DNA from: a virus
Taxonomy: Duplodnaviria > Caudoviricetes
Virus record (IMG/VR): IMGVR_UViG_3300032216_000903
Span: 30,796-94,795 of that record
Reading direction: 5' to 3' (one strand)
Length of the DNA: 64,000 nt
How positions within the stretch are numbered: the first letter of the stretch is position 1; every line of letters begins with the position of its first letter. A program made the position numbers and the translations under genes. Shown piece after piece: positions 28,452-38,449 of the stretch. The notes beneath the pieces are model-generated. The model was not told where the DNA came from and did not search any database. It saw only the letters and a list, made by a program, of their open reading frames with translations.

Positions 28452-30827
28452 ATGTTCTCCGATAAAATCACTAAAGCTATCGCCGAGGCGGCCAAGACCG
28501 TCATGGACACGACCAACGAAACGTGGCCCGATGCGGCGTCGACCTCAATCTACGCCGATAAGCGCGGTAATGCTCCCATCTCGGACACGGAAGGCGGCGC
28601 TGATCGCGTGATGACTCCGGAAAAGATGATCGATGATAAAGAAGACTTCGGTCCAGACAGTGATTATGCACGTGCTTATTATGCAAAGTATCCCAATGCT
28701 AAGCGTCCTCAAGCGAATGAAGCCGCTTCTGGCAAGGTGTCAGCCGAATTCGACTACGTCACGGACGACGACGGCGAACAGTTTGTTAAAAATTCTGCCA
28801 AGCGCCTCGGCTTGACCTTCAAGACCGTTTCTCAAGAGGGTCCTGGCGGCGGCTGGCCGGTCGGCAAAGTTAGCGGCCCCAAAGATGCCGTGAAGAAGTT
28901 TTTGATCAAGCACTATGGCGATAAGGAAACGGCCGCTGATGCTCATGGCGACATCTTTGAATCCGTGATCTCGGAAGAGGAGATCAACGAGGTGCTCAAG
29001 AAGAGCCAGCCCGCCTCCGAATGGATCGCGGACTTCATCAACTCCGACAATCCCAAGTTCAAGGGCAAGTCCAAGGGCGAGCGCATCAACATGGCTCTCG
29101 GTGCCTACTACGCCGCTCAGCGTAACGAGTCCGTCTCCGAGGGTGTCGAAGAACCCCGCTCTCAGGGAGAGAAGAACTTCAAGGCCGCACACACGATCGT
29201 GAAGATGGCCGATCCGAATGCGGACAGACAGACTGGCACGGAAGCCATGGATCAGAAGGCTAAGCCGGTTCTGCCTATCGGTAAGACTTTCTCCAAAGCC
29301 GACGACATCGACGGCGAGAAGTACATCGACAAAGACGTGGCGAACATCAAGTCTTCTGCCACCCGCGCTACGGCTCCGAAGGCTACGGGCGCGGCTAAAC
29401 TCACCTATGCTAACGGCTGCGAAGTGTACGATAAGACGGCTTCGTCGATTAAGAAGTCGGCTCAAGGCGCCGCTGCGGCTCCTAAAGCTAGTGGTTCTAA
29501 ACAATCTGGTGCGCAATCGATCGAGAAGGTTTCCAACACGGCTCCGAATGGTAAGCTCTCGGCCGAGTATCCCAAGGCGAATCAGAAACGCCCCGATGCA
29601 ATGCCTAAGGGTTTGAAAGAGACGGCGTTGGCCAATCTGCTCGGCGAAGAGAAGATGTCCAACTTCGATAAGCAGTTCGCGGATGACAATGAGAAAGCTC
29701 TGAAGCAGATTCTGGCCGGTCAAGGCACGGACGGCATCGAGTGCCACGGTCAGCCTAAGCAGAAAGTCTTGGTTCAACTGAACAAATACATTGACTCTTA
29801 TGGCGACGAGCTGAAGAAGTACTTCGGCATTCCGATCCAAGAGAAGGAAGTCAATGAAGCTGCTTCGAAGATGTCTCCTGAACAAATCGACGACAAGGTG
29901 TCGGCTATCTTCAAACGCTTTGGCATTCAGGATACCAACTACGAGCAGGATCTCGATAAGGCTATCGAAGATCTCTCCAAGAAGTCCCGCATCGCGGCCG
30001 CTCAGGTTAAATCCCTTCTGAAAGACTCCGTGAATGAAGTAATTGATTCTGCCTCAGATCGTGATGACACTGGAGAATATAAAGGTGGTTCTAAGCAGCC
30101 CTACACGCCGGAATATCTGGGCACTGGAGAAGAGAAGGCGCTGAATCGAACTGGAGCGACTCGCGCTTCTGATTGGGCCGATGCTTGTGAAGATGCGGCT
30201 AAGCGTGTTGCTGGTCTTGTCAATCGCGATAAGGATACTCCTTTGCAATATCGTCTGACCAGTAAGCTCAAAGCTGCATATAGCATGTTAGCTGATGTGG
30301 CTGAAAAGCTCGATAACGACACTGACGAAGCCACCGAAGTCAATGAAGACCCTACTAGAGCCGAGATTGGCGCCATGCAGCGCGCCGCTTTGGCAGACAA
30401 ACAGCGCGCCGCTATGGCAGCGCCGATTACGCGCGCCGCTTTGGCAAAGAGATATGGCCTGCCCGCCAATTCGAAATATGCCGATCCTGAGGATCATGTT
30501 TCAACAGGATATGACGATAGCGATCTCGTGCCGAATCCTGACTTTGATGCGGAAAAAGGAGAAGAAGCCGGCAATCGTCCATACATGTATGGTAGAAAAT
30601 CCGATTATGTAATGGATGATGTTGCTGATGAAGCTGAAAAGATGGTCGGCAAAAAGACATTTAGACAGATATTTGATTCTGGCACATGGGCCTATCGAGT
30701 TAATATGGCCATGAAAGCAGGCATCAAAGATCCTAAAAAGATCGCTGCATTGATTGTTCAGGAAATGACCTCAGCTCCAGGTAAGCGTCCTAAGAATTTG
30801 CCTTGGAAGACAGATCGTCTCAATTAA
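28452..30827 (+). CDS. large mosaic late protein (putative internal head polyprotein)
   Basis: TATAAATA at 28420; repeated VNE/INE/ISE/IQE junctions. Confidence 0.7.
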   Translation: MFSDKITKAIAEAAKTVMDTTNETWPDAASTSIYADKRGNAPISDTEGGADRVMTPEKMIDDKEDFGPDSDYARAYYAKYPNAKRPQANEAASGKVSAEFDYVTDDDGEQFVKNSAKRLGLTFKTVSQEGPGGGWPVGKVSGPKDAVKKFLIKHYGDKETAADAHGDIFESVISEEEINEVLKKSQPASEWIADFINSDNPKFKGKSKGERINMALGAYYAAQRNESVSEGVEEPRSQGEKNFKAAHTIVKMADPNADRQTGTEAMDQKAKPVLPIGKTFSKADDIDGEKYIDKDVANIKSSATRATAPKATGAAKLTYANGCEVYDKTASSIKKSAQGAAAAPKASGSKQSGAQSIEKVSNTAPNGKLSAEYPKANQKRPDAMPKGLKETALANLLGEEKMSNFDKQFADDNEKALKQILAGQGTDGIECHGQPKQKVLVQLNKYIDSYGDELKKYFGIPIQEKEVNEAASKMSPEQIDDKVSAIFKRFGIQDTNYEQDLDKAIEDLSKKSRIAAAQVKSLLKDSVNEVIDSASDRDDTGEYKGGSKQPYTPEYLGTGEEKALNRTGATRASDWADACEDAAKRVAGLVNRDKDTPLQYRLTSKLKAAYSMLADVAEKLDNDTDEATEVNEDPTRAEIGAMQRAALADKQRAAMAAPITRAALAKRYGLPANSKYADPEDHVSTGYDDSDLVPNPDFDAEKGEEAGNRPYMYGRKSDYVMDDVADEAEKMVGKKTFRQIFDSGTWAYRVNMAMKAGIKDPKKIAALIVQEMTSAPGKRPKNLPWKTDRLN

Positions 30828-30832
30828 TTCAA

Positions 30833-31420
30833 ATGGCCCATACCCTCTATCAAACGATTCGAGATACGGTCTTGAATGAAGCCGGCGGCAATGAGGCCGC
30901 CGGCGGAGGGGAAGCCTTTGACAAGTTCGACGAGCTCTATCTCAAGAATCATAGAGATCACATCTCGAAGCTGCAATCCGGTACGGATAAGGAAGAACTC
31001 GGCCTCGATGCTGATAAGGCTGAGGAGATCTTTCAGTTCTACGACATGCATCGTAAGCAGGTCGCGGATCGCCTCAAAGAGGGACTGAACGAGATTCGTG
31101 GATATGGCGGCTGGCTCTCCCCCTCCGGTAAAGAGTATCCGGTCATATCCGCACAGGCTCACGAGAACGTGGCCAAGAACATCCTCGGCGACGAGTGGGA
31201 AGAACTTGAGGGTCGAGGCGACGACGCTTCTGGCATCCTCGGCAAGCGCGGGTACGCCCGTCTGGTCCATCAGCCCCATCAGACCTTCGTCGACATGGAC
31301 ACGAACTCTCGCCTGTCTTCCCGTCAGCTCTCGTACCTCAAAGACTTAGGCATCGAAAATCAAGTCGACATCTTTCTAGATGTGGGCAACGGCCGTTACA
31401 TCTACAAAGCAGGAGAATAA
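30833..31420 (+). CDS. putative internal head protein
   Basis: leader ...TIRDTVLNE; second module after LNE (GWLSPSG). Confidence 0.65.
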   Translation: MAHTLYQTIRDTVLNEAGGNEAAGGGEAFDKFDELYLKNHRDHISKLQSGTDKEELGLDADKAEEIFQFYDMHRKQVADRLKEGLNEIRGYGGWLSPSGKEYPVISAQAHENVAKNILGDEWEELEGRGDDASGILGKRGYARLVHQPHQTFVDMDTNSRLSSRQLSYLKDLGIENQVDIFLDVGNGRYIYKAGE

Positions 31421-31430
31421 ATAGAATCAT

Positions 31431-31700
31431 ATGCGCGCAATAAATTTACAGGGTCAACAAATTCAGCTTCCGACAACCTCGGGAACGGCTATCACGGTCG
31501 GCGACGCTTCGCTAGTCCGCGTGTCACATGTTTCTGATACTGGCTATCAGATTCTGTATGTGCAGAATTCGGCTGGTACCAATACCAGCTCGATCAGTCT
31601 ATCAGCGACTGAGACCGTATACATCAATAAAGAGCCGCTCGATAAGATCTGGGCATCCGACGCTTCTGGATTTGCTTCGCGAGTCGTATTCGTGTATTAA
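31431..31700 (+). CDS. small beta-rich late protein
   Basis: ORF after AATAAATA. Confidence 0.65.
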   Translation: MRAINLQGQQIQLPTTSGTAITVGDASLVRVSHVSDTGYQILYVQNSAGTNTSSISLSATETVYINKEPLDKIWASDASGFASRVVFVY

Positions 31701-31720
31701 GGATATAAATCCTTTTTGTC

Positions 31721-32092
31721 ATGATGAAGCTGTTTGATGAGTTAACGGAAAAGAACTTTGAGGCATACGCGGTCCGCCACTACAACAATCCTCAGTGCCT
31801 CTCGATCGACGAGTTCTATGAGGACGTGGCCAAGTTTAAGTACGTGAAGCGGTTGCTTCGCAAGTATCGAGATACTGGGGACATTCGCGAGAGGCTCGTG
31901 CTGAATCACCTGATCGCGATATACAACGTGTTCTCGATTGGAGCGGCCAATCACATGATGTTCTATCGAATAGAGAAGGAACTGTGGGGATCGCTTAAGC
32001 CGTTCCTGGTGTTCTTAAACTACCTGCCGGACGGCATGATGCAGGACGTCGAGTCGGACATGAAGATAGCCAAAAGGTTACAAGACATCTAA
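31721..32092 (+). CDS. conserved T4-like myovirus protein
   Basis: YNNPQC..EFYED..FKYVKRL..ERLVLNH.I..YNVF pattern typical of environmental T4-like phages. Confidence 0.75.
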   Translation: MMKLFDELTEKNFEAYAVRHYNNPQCLSIDEFYEDVAKFKYVKRLLRKYRDTGDIRERLVLNHLIAIYNVFSIGAANHMMFYRIEKELWGSLKPFLVFLNYLPDGMMQDVESDMKIAKRLQDI

Positions 32093-32259
32093 TGAAGAAG
32101 CTCAGAGACATATTTCCGGTCGAAGAAGACATGGGAGTCGGAGCCATCGGTGGCGGCGGAGTGGGTACTCAGGCCATTCAGAACTTCGATCCGGTCATCT
32201 CATTTAAGCAGAAGGCCGACACGATCAAGAAGAAAAAACGTATAAATAAGACCAAATGA
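32092..32259 (+). CDS. small late protein (MKKLRDIFPVEE...), not in the ORF track
   Basis: 55-aa ORF overlapping both neighbours (TAATG and ATGA). Confidence 0.55.
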   Translation: MKKLRDIFPVEEDMGVGAIGGGGVGTQAIQNFDPVISFKQKADTIKKKKRINKTK

Positions 32260-32654
32260 AAACAGAATCTTTCAAATCCATTTCCGAATCCGTCAAACGT
32301 ATTATGCTCGGCGAAGCCCCCGCGGCTAAGGCTCCCGAAGTCGACATCGACGCGCTGACGGCCGACGCGGCTCCCGCGGCCGATGCGTCTCAACAAAATG
32401 TGGAACTCGAAGTTCCCGCTGAAGCTGAAGCTCCCGAAGAAGCCCCTGAGGCTCCGGAGGCTGAAGCTCCCAAGAAGGGCAAGGGCAAACCCAAATTTGC
32501 CGCCGTCTGCAACAAGGACGGAGAAGAAGCCGTGTTGCTCCTGAGCAAGGACGACCTCGAAGAATTCATTCACGAAAACGGAGTCAAGTGCATCACGGCT
32601 CTCTATGAGCTCGGCAAAGAAGCCAAGATTCCTACGGTCAAGGTCAAAGCTTAA
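32256..32654 (+). CDS. Ala/Pro/Glu-rich late protein
   Basis: TATAAATA at 32241; leader ..SISESVKRIMLGE. Confidence 0.7.
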   Translation: MKTESFKSISESVKRIMLGEAPAAKAPEVDIDALTADAAPAADASQQNVELEVPAEAEAPEEAPEAPEAEAPKKGKGKPKFAAVCNKDGEEAVLLLSKDDLEEFIHENGVKCITALYELGKEAKIPTVKVKA

Positions 32655-32667
32655 TACTCTTTGCACC

Positions 32668-34485
32668 ATGCATCTTCACGAGTCCGCGATGCTCGTCCTG
32701 AACGAGCAGAGGAGTAAGCGTAACAAAGAGATCTTACGTGAGGCTTTTCAGTACGATGTCCGTCGCCTCGAAGAAGCTCGTGCATATGCGGATAATCTTC
32801 TTAACGAAGGCGTACTGAGCGAAAGCGTCTATCATAGCATCTCGGATGAGTACCTCCTCGACGAGGGCATCTTTGATACGCTGAAGGCTCTGGGCAAGAA
32901 CGTCGGTGGCGCGGCGGCTGCAAAGGTCAAGGATAAAGTTCAGGCGGCCGCGGCGGCCGTCAAGAGCAAAGTTCAGACGGGAGTCGACTACGCTAAGGCC
33001 GAATACGCCAAGGCAAAGGAGCAAGGCAATGCCAAGGAGATGGAACGCCTTCAGTCTCGTCTGGCTCAACTTCAAAAGGGTGCTCCCGCCGCCGCAGCCG
33101 CACCTGCTGCCGCTGATGCTCCTGAGACTCCTGCTCCTGCCGCAGCACCCGCCGCGGCGGCTAAACGTCCCGGTCGTCCGGCAAAAGCTGCTCCTGCGGC
33201 CGCTCCTGCTGCTCCTGCACCGGCCGCTGCGACTCCCGCTCCTGCGGCCGCTAAGCCTCCGGTAATCACTCCTTCTAAAGTCGCTGCTCCTGCTGCGGCT
33301 CCTGCTGCGGCTCCTGCTAAAGCTGAGGCGCCTTCTTCTGCTACAAACGCCGTTGCTGTAAAAGCAATGACGGATGGATTTACAGAAATGGCGAAAAATG
33401 ATCCCGAAAACTTTAAGAAGTTGGCTCTCGCCGCGACCGCTCCTGGCGGTGATAAGAAAGTAGAGGCGCTGATAAACAATCCTCAAGCCAAAGCTGAGGC
33501 TGAAAAGATTCAGGATGAATTAGCAAATAGTCCCGAAGCGCAGAAGAGTCCCGGTCTCTTAGGCAAAGTCAAGACCCTCTGGTCGAAGACTCGTGAGATT
33601 GCCAAGAAGCATCCGATCATGTTCTGGGGCGGCCTAGGATTAGCAGCTGCGGTCGGTGGTCTAGCCGTCGTCGGAGCCGGCGGCGTTGGAGCTTTAGCGG
33701 CGGCCGTGATAGCTAAGGTTGCGGCGAGTACAGGTATGATTGCTACAGGCGCTGCGATAGGTGGCGTTACATCAGGCGCGAAGGAATTCATGGCTCAAAA
33801 GAAAGCTGGCGGCAAGACGCAATGGGGCAAAGTTGCTAAGGCAGCCCTGACTGGAGGCTTAAAGCGAGCAGGACAAACTCTTGCGACCGTTGCTGCGACG
33901 GCCGTCGGTGGTGAGGCCTTGAAAGGAGCTTCGAAGGTCGGATCTGAAGTCGCAAACGCCGTAACTCCTGCTGCCGCAGCTGCTCCTACTGCCGGTGCTC
34001 GCCAGCCAGTTGGAACACATTCCATGCCTTTGAAAGCGGCTCCTGCTGATACTTCAATGGTAAATCGCGGAGGTAAAATCGCTGGTATACCTGAAGATGA
34101 ATATCTCAAACAGCAAAATGCTGCTATGGCATATGCTCAAGAACACAATCCAGCATATATGCCAATAGATAATGCTCACGCTCAAAATCGTCTTTTGGCT
34201 CATGCGAAACAGTTAGGAATTACTGGAAAAATTAATGCAAACATGCATGGACATGTTCCTACGGAAATCAACGGTAAAGATGTTACCAATCTTCTTTCTC
34301 CAGAAGAAGCTCAGTCTGCATATGCTGCAATGGACATGAGTAAAACAATGGGAAATCGGGTAAATGATACTATCTACAATAAGCTTGCTGGAATTGTTAA
34401 AAAAGCCCAGCAGGATGGTTTATTGAAAGCCCCTCAAGCGGCGACTCCTGAGCAGGAAGCCCAATGGGCAAAGTTAGGGTTTTAA
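32668..34485 (+). CDS. Ala/Pro-rich late protein with Gly/Ala hydrophobic segment (possible ejection/membrane protein)
   Basis: leader MHLHESAMLVLNE; PAAA repeats; FWGGLGLAAAVGGLAVVG. Confidence 0.65.
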   Translation: MHLHESAMLVLNEQRSKRNKEILREAFQYDVRRLEEARAYADNLLNEGVLSESVYHSISDEYLLDEGIFDTLKALGKNVGGAAAAKVKDKVQAAAAAVKSKVQTGVDYAKAEYAKAKEQGNAKEMERLQSRLAQLQKGAPAAAAAPAAADAPETPAPAAAPAAAAKRPGRPAKAAPAAAPAAPAPAAATPAPAAAKPPVITPSKVAAPAAAPAAAPAKAEAPSSATNAVAVKAMTDGFTEMAKNDPENFKKLALAATAPGGDKKVEALINNPQAKAEAEKIQDELANSPEAQKSPGLLGKVKTLWSKTREIAKKHPIMFWGGLGLAAAVGGLAVVGAGGVGALAAAVIAKVAASTGMIATGAAIGGVTSGAKEFMAQKKAGGKTQWGKVAKAALTGGLKRAGQTLATVAATAVGGEALKGASKVGSEVANAVTPAAAAAPTAGARQPVGTHSMPLKAAPADTSMVNRGGKIAGIPEDEYLKQQNAAMAYAQEHNPAYMPIDNAHAQNRLLAHAKQLGITGKINANMHGHVPTEINGKDVTNLLSPEEAQSAYAAMDMSKTMGNRVNDTIYNKLAGIVKKAQQDGLLKAPQAATPEQEAQWAKLGF

Positions 34486-34503
34486 AATTTTTAATCCATT
34501 CTC

Positions 34504-34537
34504 AAAATGCAAGGACTAATCTCCTTGCATTTTTTTT
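34504..34537 (+). terminator. rho-independent terminator
   Basis: aaaatgcaagga-ctaatc-tccttgcatttt followed by U tract. Confidence 0.85.
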
Positions 34538-34566
34538 GTTTACTTTCGTTTTTATGCCTGGTAGAA
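34538..34566 (+). promoter_or_regulatory. T4-like early promoter GTTTAC-17-TAGAAT for nrdBA
   Basis: matches the T4 early -35 GTTTAC. Confidence 0.6.
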
Positions 34567-34595
34567 TCTTGTTCTAGTATAAATGGAATCACTCT

Positions 34596-35570
34596 ATGAT
34601 CTTCGAAGAACAAATCTCCCGTAAGCCGGATCACTATCCGTGGACAACCGAATTCATTGAAGCCATGCACAACGGCTTCTGGACCGATAAGGAATTCAAC
34701 TTTCAATCCGATGTGCAGGACTTTCGAGTCAATCTATCGAATCAAGAGCGAGACATGATTACTCGATCGCTCTCGGCCGTGGCGCAGATTGAAGTGGCCG
34801 TGAAGTCCTTCTGGGCCAAAGTCGGAGAGAATCTTCCTCATCCTTCGATCGTCGACATGGGTTACGTGATGGCCAACGTCGAGGTGATTCATAACAATGC
34901 ATATGAACGCCTACTCAAGGTCCTTGACATGGAACACATCTTCGAAGAGAATCTCAAGCTCGACGTGATTCAGAATCGAGTCAAGTACCTGCGTAAGTAT
35001 CTCAAGAAGCATTACAAGGATTCTCGTAAGCAGTACGTATACTCGCTGATTCTCTTTACGCTGTACGTCGAGAACGTTTCGCTCTTCTCTCAGTTCTACA
35101 CGATCAATTACTTCAATCGCTTTCGCAACATGCTCAAGGACACCTCTCAGCAGGTGGCCTATACATCTCGTGAGGAACTCATTCACGCGATGGCCGGAAT
35201 GAAACTCGTCAACGTGATTCGTGAAGAACATCCTGAACTCTTTGACGAAGAACTTACGGAACGCATTCGCTCGGAATGCATCGAAGCCTACGAAGCCGAG
35301 GCAAAGATCATTGACTGGTCCGTGAATGGATATCAATCAGAGAATCTGACATCGGATATTCTCAAGAACTTCATCAAGAATCGATTGAATGATTCTCTGA
35401 TTCAGATCAACGTGAAGCCCGTATTTGAAGACATAGATAAAGATATGCTAAACAAGACGGTCTGGTTCGATGAAGACGTCTTGGGAAACACGGCAACGGA
35501 CTTTTTTCAGAAGCGCCCGACTGAATACTCCAAGAATGACAAGTCTTACGGGGAAGAAGATCTCTTTTGA
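34596..35570 (+). CDS. nrdB: ribonucleotide reductase class I beta subunit
   Basis: EVIH..AY, VENVSLFSQF, REELIH, DFFQKRPTEY. Confidence 0.95.
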   Translation: MIFEEQISRKPDHYPWTTEFIEAMHNGFWTDKEFNFQSDVQDFRVNLSNQERDMITRSLSAVAQIEVAVKSFWAKVGENLPHPSIVDMGYVMANVEVIHNNAYERLLKVLDMEHIFEENLKLDVIQNRVKYLRKYLKKHYKDSRKQYVYSLILFTLYVENVSLFSQFYTINYFNRFRNMLKDTSQQVAYTSREELIHAMAGMKLVNVIREEHPELFDEELTERIRSECIEAYEAEAKIIDWSVNGYQSENLTSDILKNFIKNRLNDSLIQINVKPVFEDIDKDMLNKTVWFDEDVLGNTATDFFQKRPTEYSKNDKSYGEEDLF

Positions 35571-35572
35571 TA

Positions 35573-37225
35573 ATGAAATCGACACCATATTCGTGGCTAA
35601 ATGAAGACTCACGACTCTTTCTCGAGCGTGGATACTTGCAGAACGGACAGACACCAGAGGTGCGAATCAAGCAGATCGCTCGAGCGGCCGAGAAGATTCT
35701 GAAGGTCGAGGGCTTCGCTGAGAAGTTCGAGAAGTACATGTCGCTTGGCTGGTACTCCCTCTCTTCGCCCATCTGGGCAAACTTTGGACTTGAACGCGGC
35801 CTTCCGATCTCTTGCTTTGGTTCGTACATCGATGATACGATGGAGTCCATTCTCGGCAAGACGGCCGAGGTTGGAATGATGACAAAGATGGGCGGAGGAA
35901 CATCGGCTTACTTTGGAGATCTTCGAGCCCGTGGAACGGACATCAAGTCTGGTGGCAAGTCAAACGGTCCGATTCACTTCATGGAGCTCTTCGAGACGGT
36001 CACAAATGTGGTCTCTCAGGCCAACGTGCGTAGAGGATCCTTTGCCGCCTATCTTCCTGTAGAACATCCCGACATTCTCGAGTTCCTACAGATTCGTGGT
36101 GATGGCAACGAGATTCAGAACATTTCCCTTGGCGTCACGGTCTCGGACAAGTGGATGAAGTCCATGATTGACGGTGATAAGGATAAGCGCAAGGTCTGGG
36201 GCAAGATCATTCAGAAGCGCTTTGAATCTGGCTATCCGTATCTGTTCTTCTCGGACACGATCAATAAGGGAGCCCCCAAGGTGTACAAGGAGAAGGGCAA
36301 GCGCATCCACGCGTCTAATCTGTGCAGCGAGATCGCCCTCTCCTCAGCTCCGGACGAGTCATTCGTATGTAATCTATCCTCGATGAATCTGCTGCACTTC
36401 GATGAATGGATGGATACGGATGCCGTTGAGACTCTGACGATGTTCCTCGATGCCGTAATGACGGAGTTCATCGACAAGACGGCTCAGATTCCTTACATGG
36501 AGGCGCCTCGTAAATTCGCCATGAATCAGAGGGCTCTCGGCATCGGTGTCCTTGGATGGCATTCTTATCTTCAATCCAAGCTGATTGCCTTTGAATCCAT
36601 CGAGGCCAAGCTGCTAAACACGAGGATCTATTCAAATATCGCTCGTAAGGCTGATGAGGCAAGTCGTAAGTTGGCTCTCATGTTTGGCGAGCCTGAGTTG
36701 CTCAAAGGAACCGGTCGTCGTAATGTGACTCTGATGGCGATCGCTCCTACGACCTCATCGTCCTTTATTCTTGGTCAGGTCTCTCCGTCCGTCGAGCCTC
36801 TCAACTCGAACTACTTCGTCAAGGATCTGGCCAAGGGCAAGTTCACATATAAGAATCCGTTCCTGGCGTGCGTCCTCGAGGGTCATAAGAAGAACGATCG
36901 AGAGACCTGGTCGTCGATCCTCACGAAAGGCGGATCGGTCCTTCATCTTAAGTTTCTGACGGATCACGAGAAGGAAGTATTCAAGACGTTTGGCGAGATC
37001 TCTCAGAAGGAGATCATCATTCAGGCGGCCGCTCGACAGAAGTACATCGATCAGGCTCAATCAATCAATCTCATGATTCATCCTAAAACACCGGTCAAGG
37101 ACGTGAATCAACTCCTCATCTTTGCATGGGAGCAAGGCATGAAGACGTTGTATTATCAACGTGGAACAAATCCTGCCCAAGAACTCTCTCGCAACCTCCT
37201 GACGTGCGCGTCATGTGAAGCATGA
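35573..37225 (+). CDS. nrdA: ribonucleotide reductase class I alpha subunit (no ATP cone)
   Basis: PISC, SNLCSEI, CNLSS, IAPT, KTLYY, C-terminal CASCEA. Confidence 0.96.
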   Translation: MKSTPYSWLNEDSRLFLERGYLQNGQTPEVRIKQIARAAEKILKVEGFAEKFEKYMSLGWYSLSSPIWANFGLERGLPISCFGSYIDDTMESILGKTAEVGMMTKMGGGTSAYFGDLRARGTDIKSGGKSNGPIHFMELFETVTNVVSQANVRRGSFAAYLPVEHPDILEFLQIRGDGNEIQNISLGVTVSDKWMKSMIDGDKDKRKVWGKIIQKRFESGYPYLFFSDTINKGAPKVYKEKGKRIHASNLCSEIALSSAPDESFVCNLSSMNLLHFDEWMDTDAVETLTMFLDAVMTEFIDKTAQIPYMEAPRKFAMNQRALGIGVLGWHSYLQSKLIAFESIEAKLLNTRIYSNIARKADEASRKLALMFGEPELLKGTGRRNVTLMAIAPTTSSSFILGQVSPSVEPLNSNYFVKDLAKGKFTYKNPFLACVLEGHKKNDRETWSSILTKGGSVLHLKFLTDHEKEVFKTFGEISQKEIIIQAAARQKYIDQAQSINLMIHPKTPVKDVNQLLIFAWEQGMKTLYYQRGTNPAQELSRNLLTCASCEA

Positions 37226-37392
37226 AGGCTGATCTCTATTGTTCTCATTGTGAGATCACCTATCACGTCAGATGGAATCTCGTCGATTTCGATGATGGCG
37301 GTCGTGATCCGCTCGACGAGGAAGAAGGAAAGGAAGAATCGTATCCTGAGTTCTGTCCGTTCTGTGGATCTCCAGCCGAAGACGAGATTTGA
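37222..37392 (+). CDS. small Zn-ribbon protein (CSHC...CPFC), not in the ORF track
   Basis: 56-aa ORF, ATGA-coupled to nrdA. Confidence 0.65.
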   Translation: MKADLYCSHCEITYHVRWNLVDFDDGGRDPLDEEEGKEESYPEFCPFCGSPAEDEI

Positions 37393-37407
37393 AATATACA
37401 TATATCC

Positions 37408-37848
37408 ATGAACCCGTGGATATATCAAGGAAAGGAATATCAACTTCCAGAAGGCGCGGATCCCAAGAACATTCAGGGATTCGTTTACAAGATCACACAC
37501 GTTCCGACCGGTAAGTCCTACATCGGAAAAAAGTTTTTTTGGTCGGCCAAGTCGAAACAAGTCAAGGGCAAAAAGAAAAAGTTCAAGGTCGAGTCGAACT
37601 GGAAGGAATACTGCGGCTCGTCGGATTATCTCCTAACCGACATCGAAAAACTCGGCGTGGACAACTTCTCCCGTGAGATCCTTCACGTCTGTGCCATGAA
37701 GGCCCACTGCTCATATTGGGAAACATACGAGATCTTCTCCCGTCATTGTCTTCTCAATCCGGATCAATATTACAACGAATGGGTTTCGGGACGCGTTCGA
37801 AGGGCTCACTTGGCCGCCCTTATCGGTCAGACTCATGCAAGTCGTTGA
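37408..37848 (+). CDS. denA: GIY-YIG endonuclease II-like (host DNA degradation)
   Basis: GFVYKIT..YIGKK..W..Y.GSS..F.REIL..YYN; located next to nrd genes. Confidence 0.7.
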   Translation: MNPWIYQGKEYQLPEGADPKNIQGFVYKITHVPTGKSYIGKKFFWSAKSKQVKGKKKKFKVESNWKEYCGSSDYLLTDIEKLGVDNFSREILHVCAMKAHCSYWETYEIFSRHCLLNPDQYYNEWVSGRVRRAHLAALIGQTHASR

Positions 37849-37919
37849 TATTCAGGGAGAAAATAATTTCATTTTCTTGTGTACATTTCAACGGGATGGG
37901 GTATACTTATCTCAGAATG
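37831..37919 (+). promoter_or_regulatory. repeated early promoter cassette, copy 3
   Basis: near-identical to 16731-16819. Confidence 0.85.
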
Positions 37920-38147
37920 AAGAACGAAATGAACAACGGAAAACTGGCTCTGTATCGATTCACCTCGCGGTTTGCCAGCTTCTCAATGGTATTTGAGGGC
38001 GACGACGCGGCATTGACATACGCGAGCGAGATGGTCGACGGCGCTCAGGCCGTCAGGGTCGAGCGCTTCTCGAACGGCGGCGACTGGTTCGTCTGGAACT
38101 GCGCGAACGGTCAGTGGATCTACGACTCTAATGCGGTGGCGGCATAA
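37917..38147 (+). CDS. early hypothetical protein
   Basis: ATG after the cassette. Confidence 0.7.
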   Translation: MKNEMNNGKLALYRFTSRFASFSMVFEGDDAALTYASEMVDGAQAVRVERFSNGGDWFVWNCANGQWIYDSNAVAA

Positions 38148-38165
38148 TCACTCAGAATCTACATC

Positions 38166-38447
38166 ATGAAAATCAAAATTGAAACCGTTGCGTCCGTCTA
38201 CTCAGGCAAAGCTGGTCGCTGCTGCTGCGGCTGCTCTGGCAATCATCGTTACGCATCCGCTCACGTCAAGTGGGCAAGCAAGAATCGCGGATACAAGGTC
38301 ACGGACGAGGAGATCTCGGATCGATCCGTCAAGATGCTGGTCAACAAACTCAACAAGGCGGATGCGAAGGAGCTCACTCACGACAATCCGATTTACGTCT
38401 CGATGGAACGGGGCGGTCGTCTCTACGTGGCTTATTTCAAACAATAA
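38166..38447 (+). CDS. hypothetical protein (CCCGC motif)
   Basis: ORF in early operon. Confidence 0.7.
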   Translation: MKIKIETVASVYSGKAGRCCCGCSGNHRYASAHVKWASKNRGYKVTDEEISDRSVKMLVNKLNKADAKELTHDNPIYVSMERGGRLYVAYFKQ

Positions 38448-38449
38448 TT

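Noticed and set aside
24194-29885. Long minus-strand ORFs (24194-25243, 25596-26576, 28740-29885) and similar antisense ORFs elsewhere
   Set aside because: They mirror the codon bias of the + strand genes and have no motifs or promoters
10888-37225. Inteins or introns in uvsX, gene 41, nrdA and nrdB
   Set aside because: Protein lengths are normal and the motifs are contiguous
37408-37848. Second mobile homing endonuclease
   Set aside because: Single GIY-YIG domain, genome-typical composition and nrd-adjacent position fit endonuclease II better
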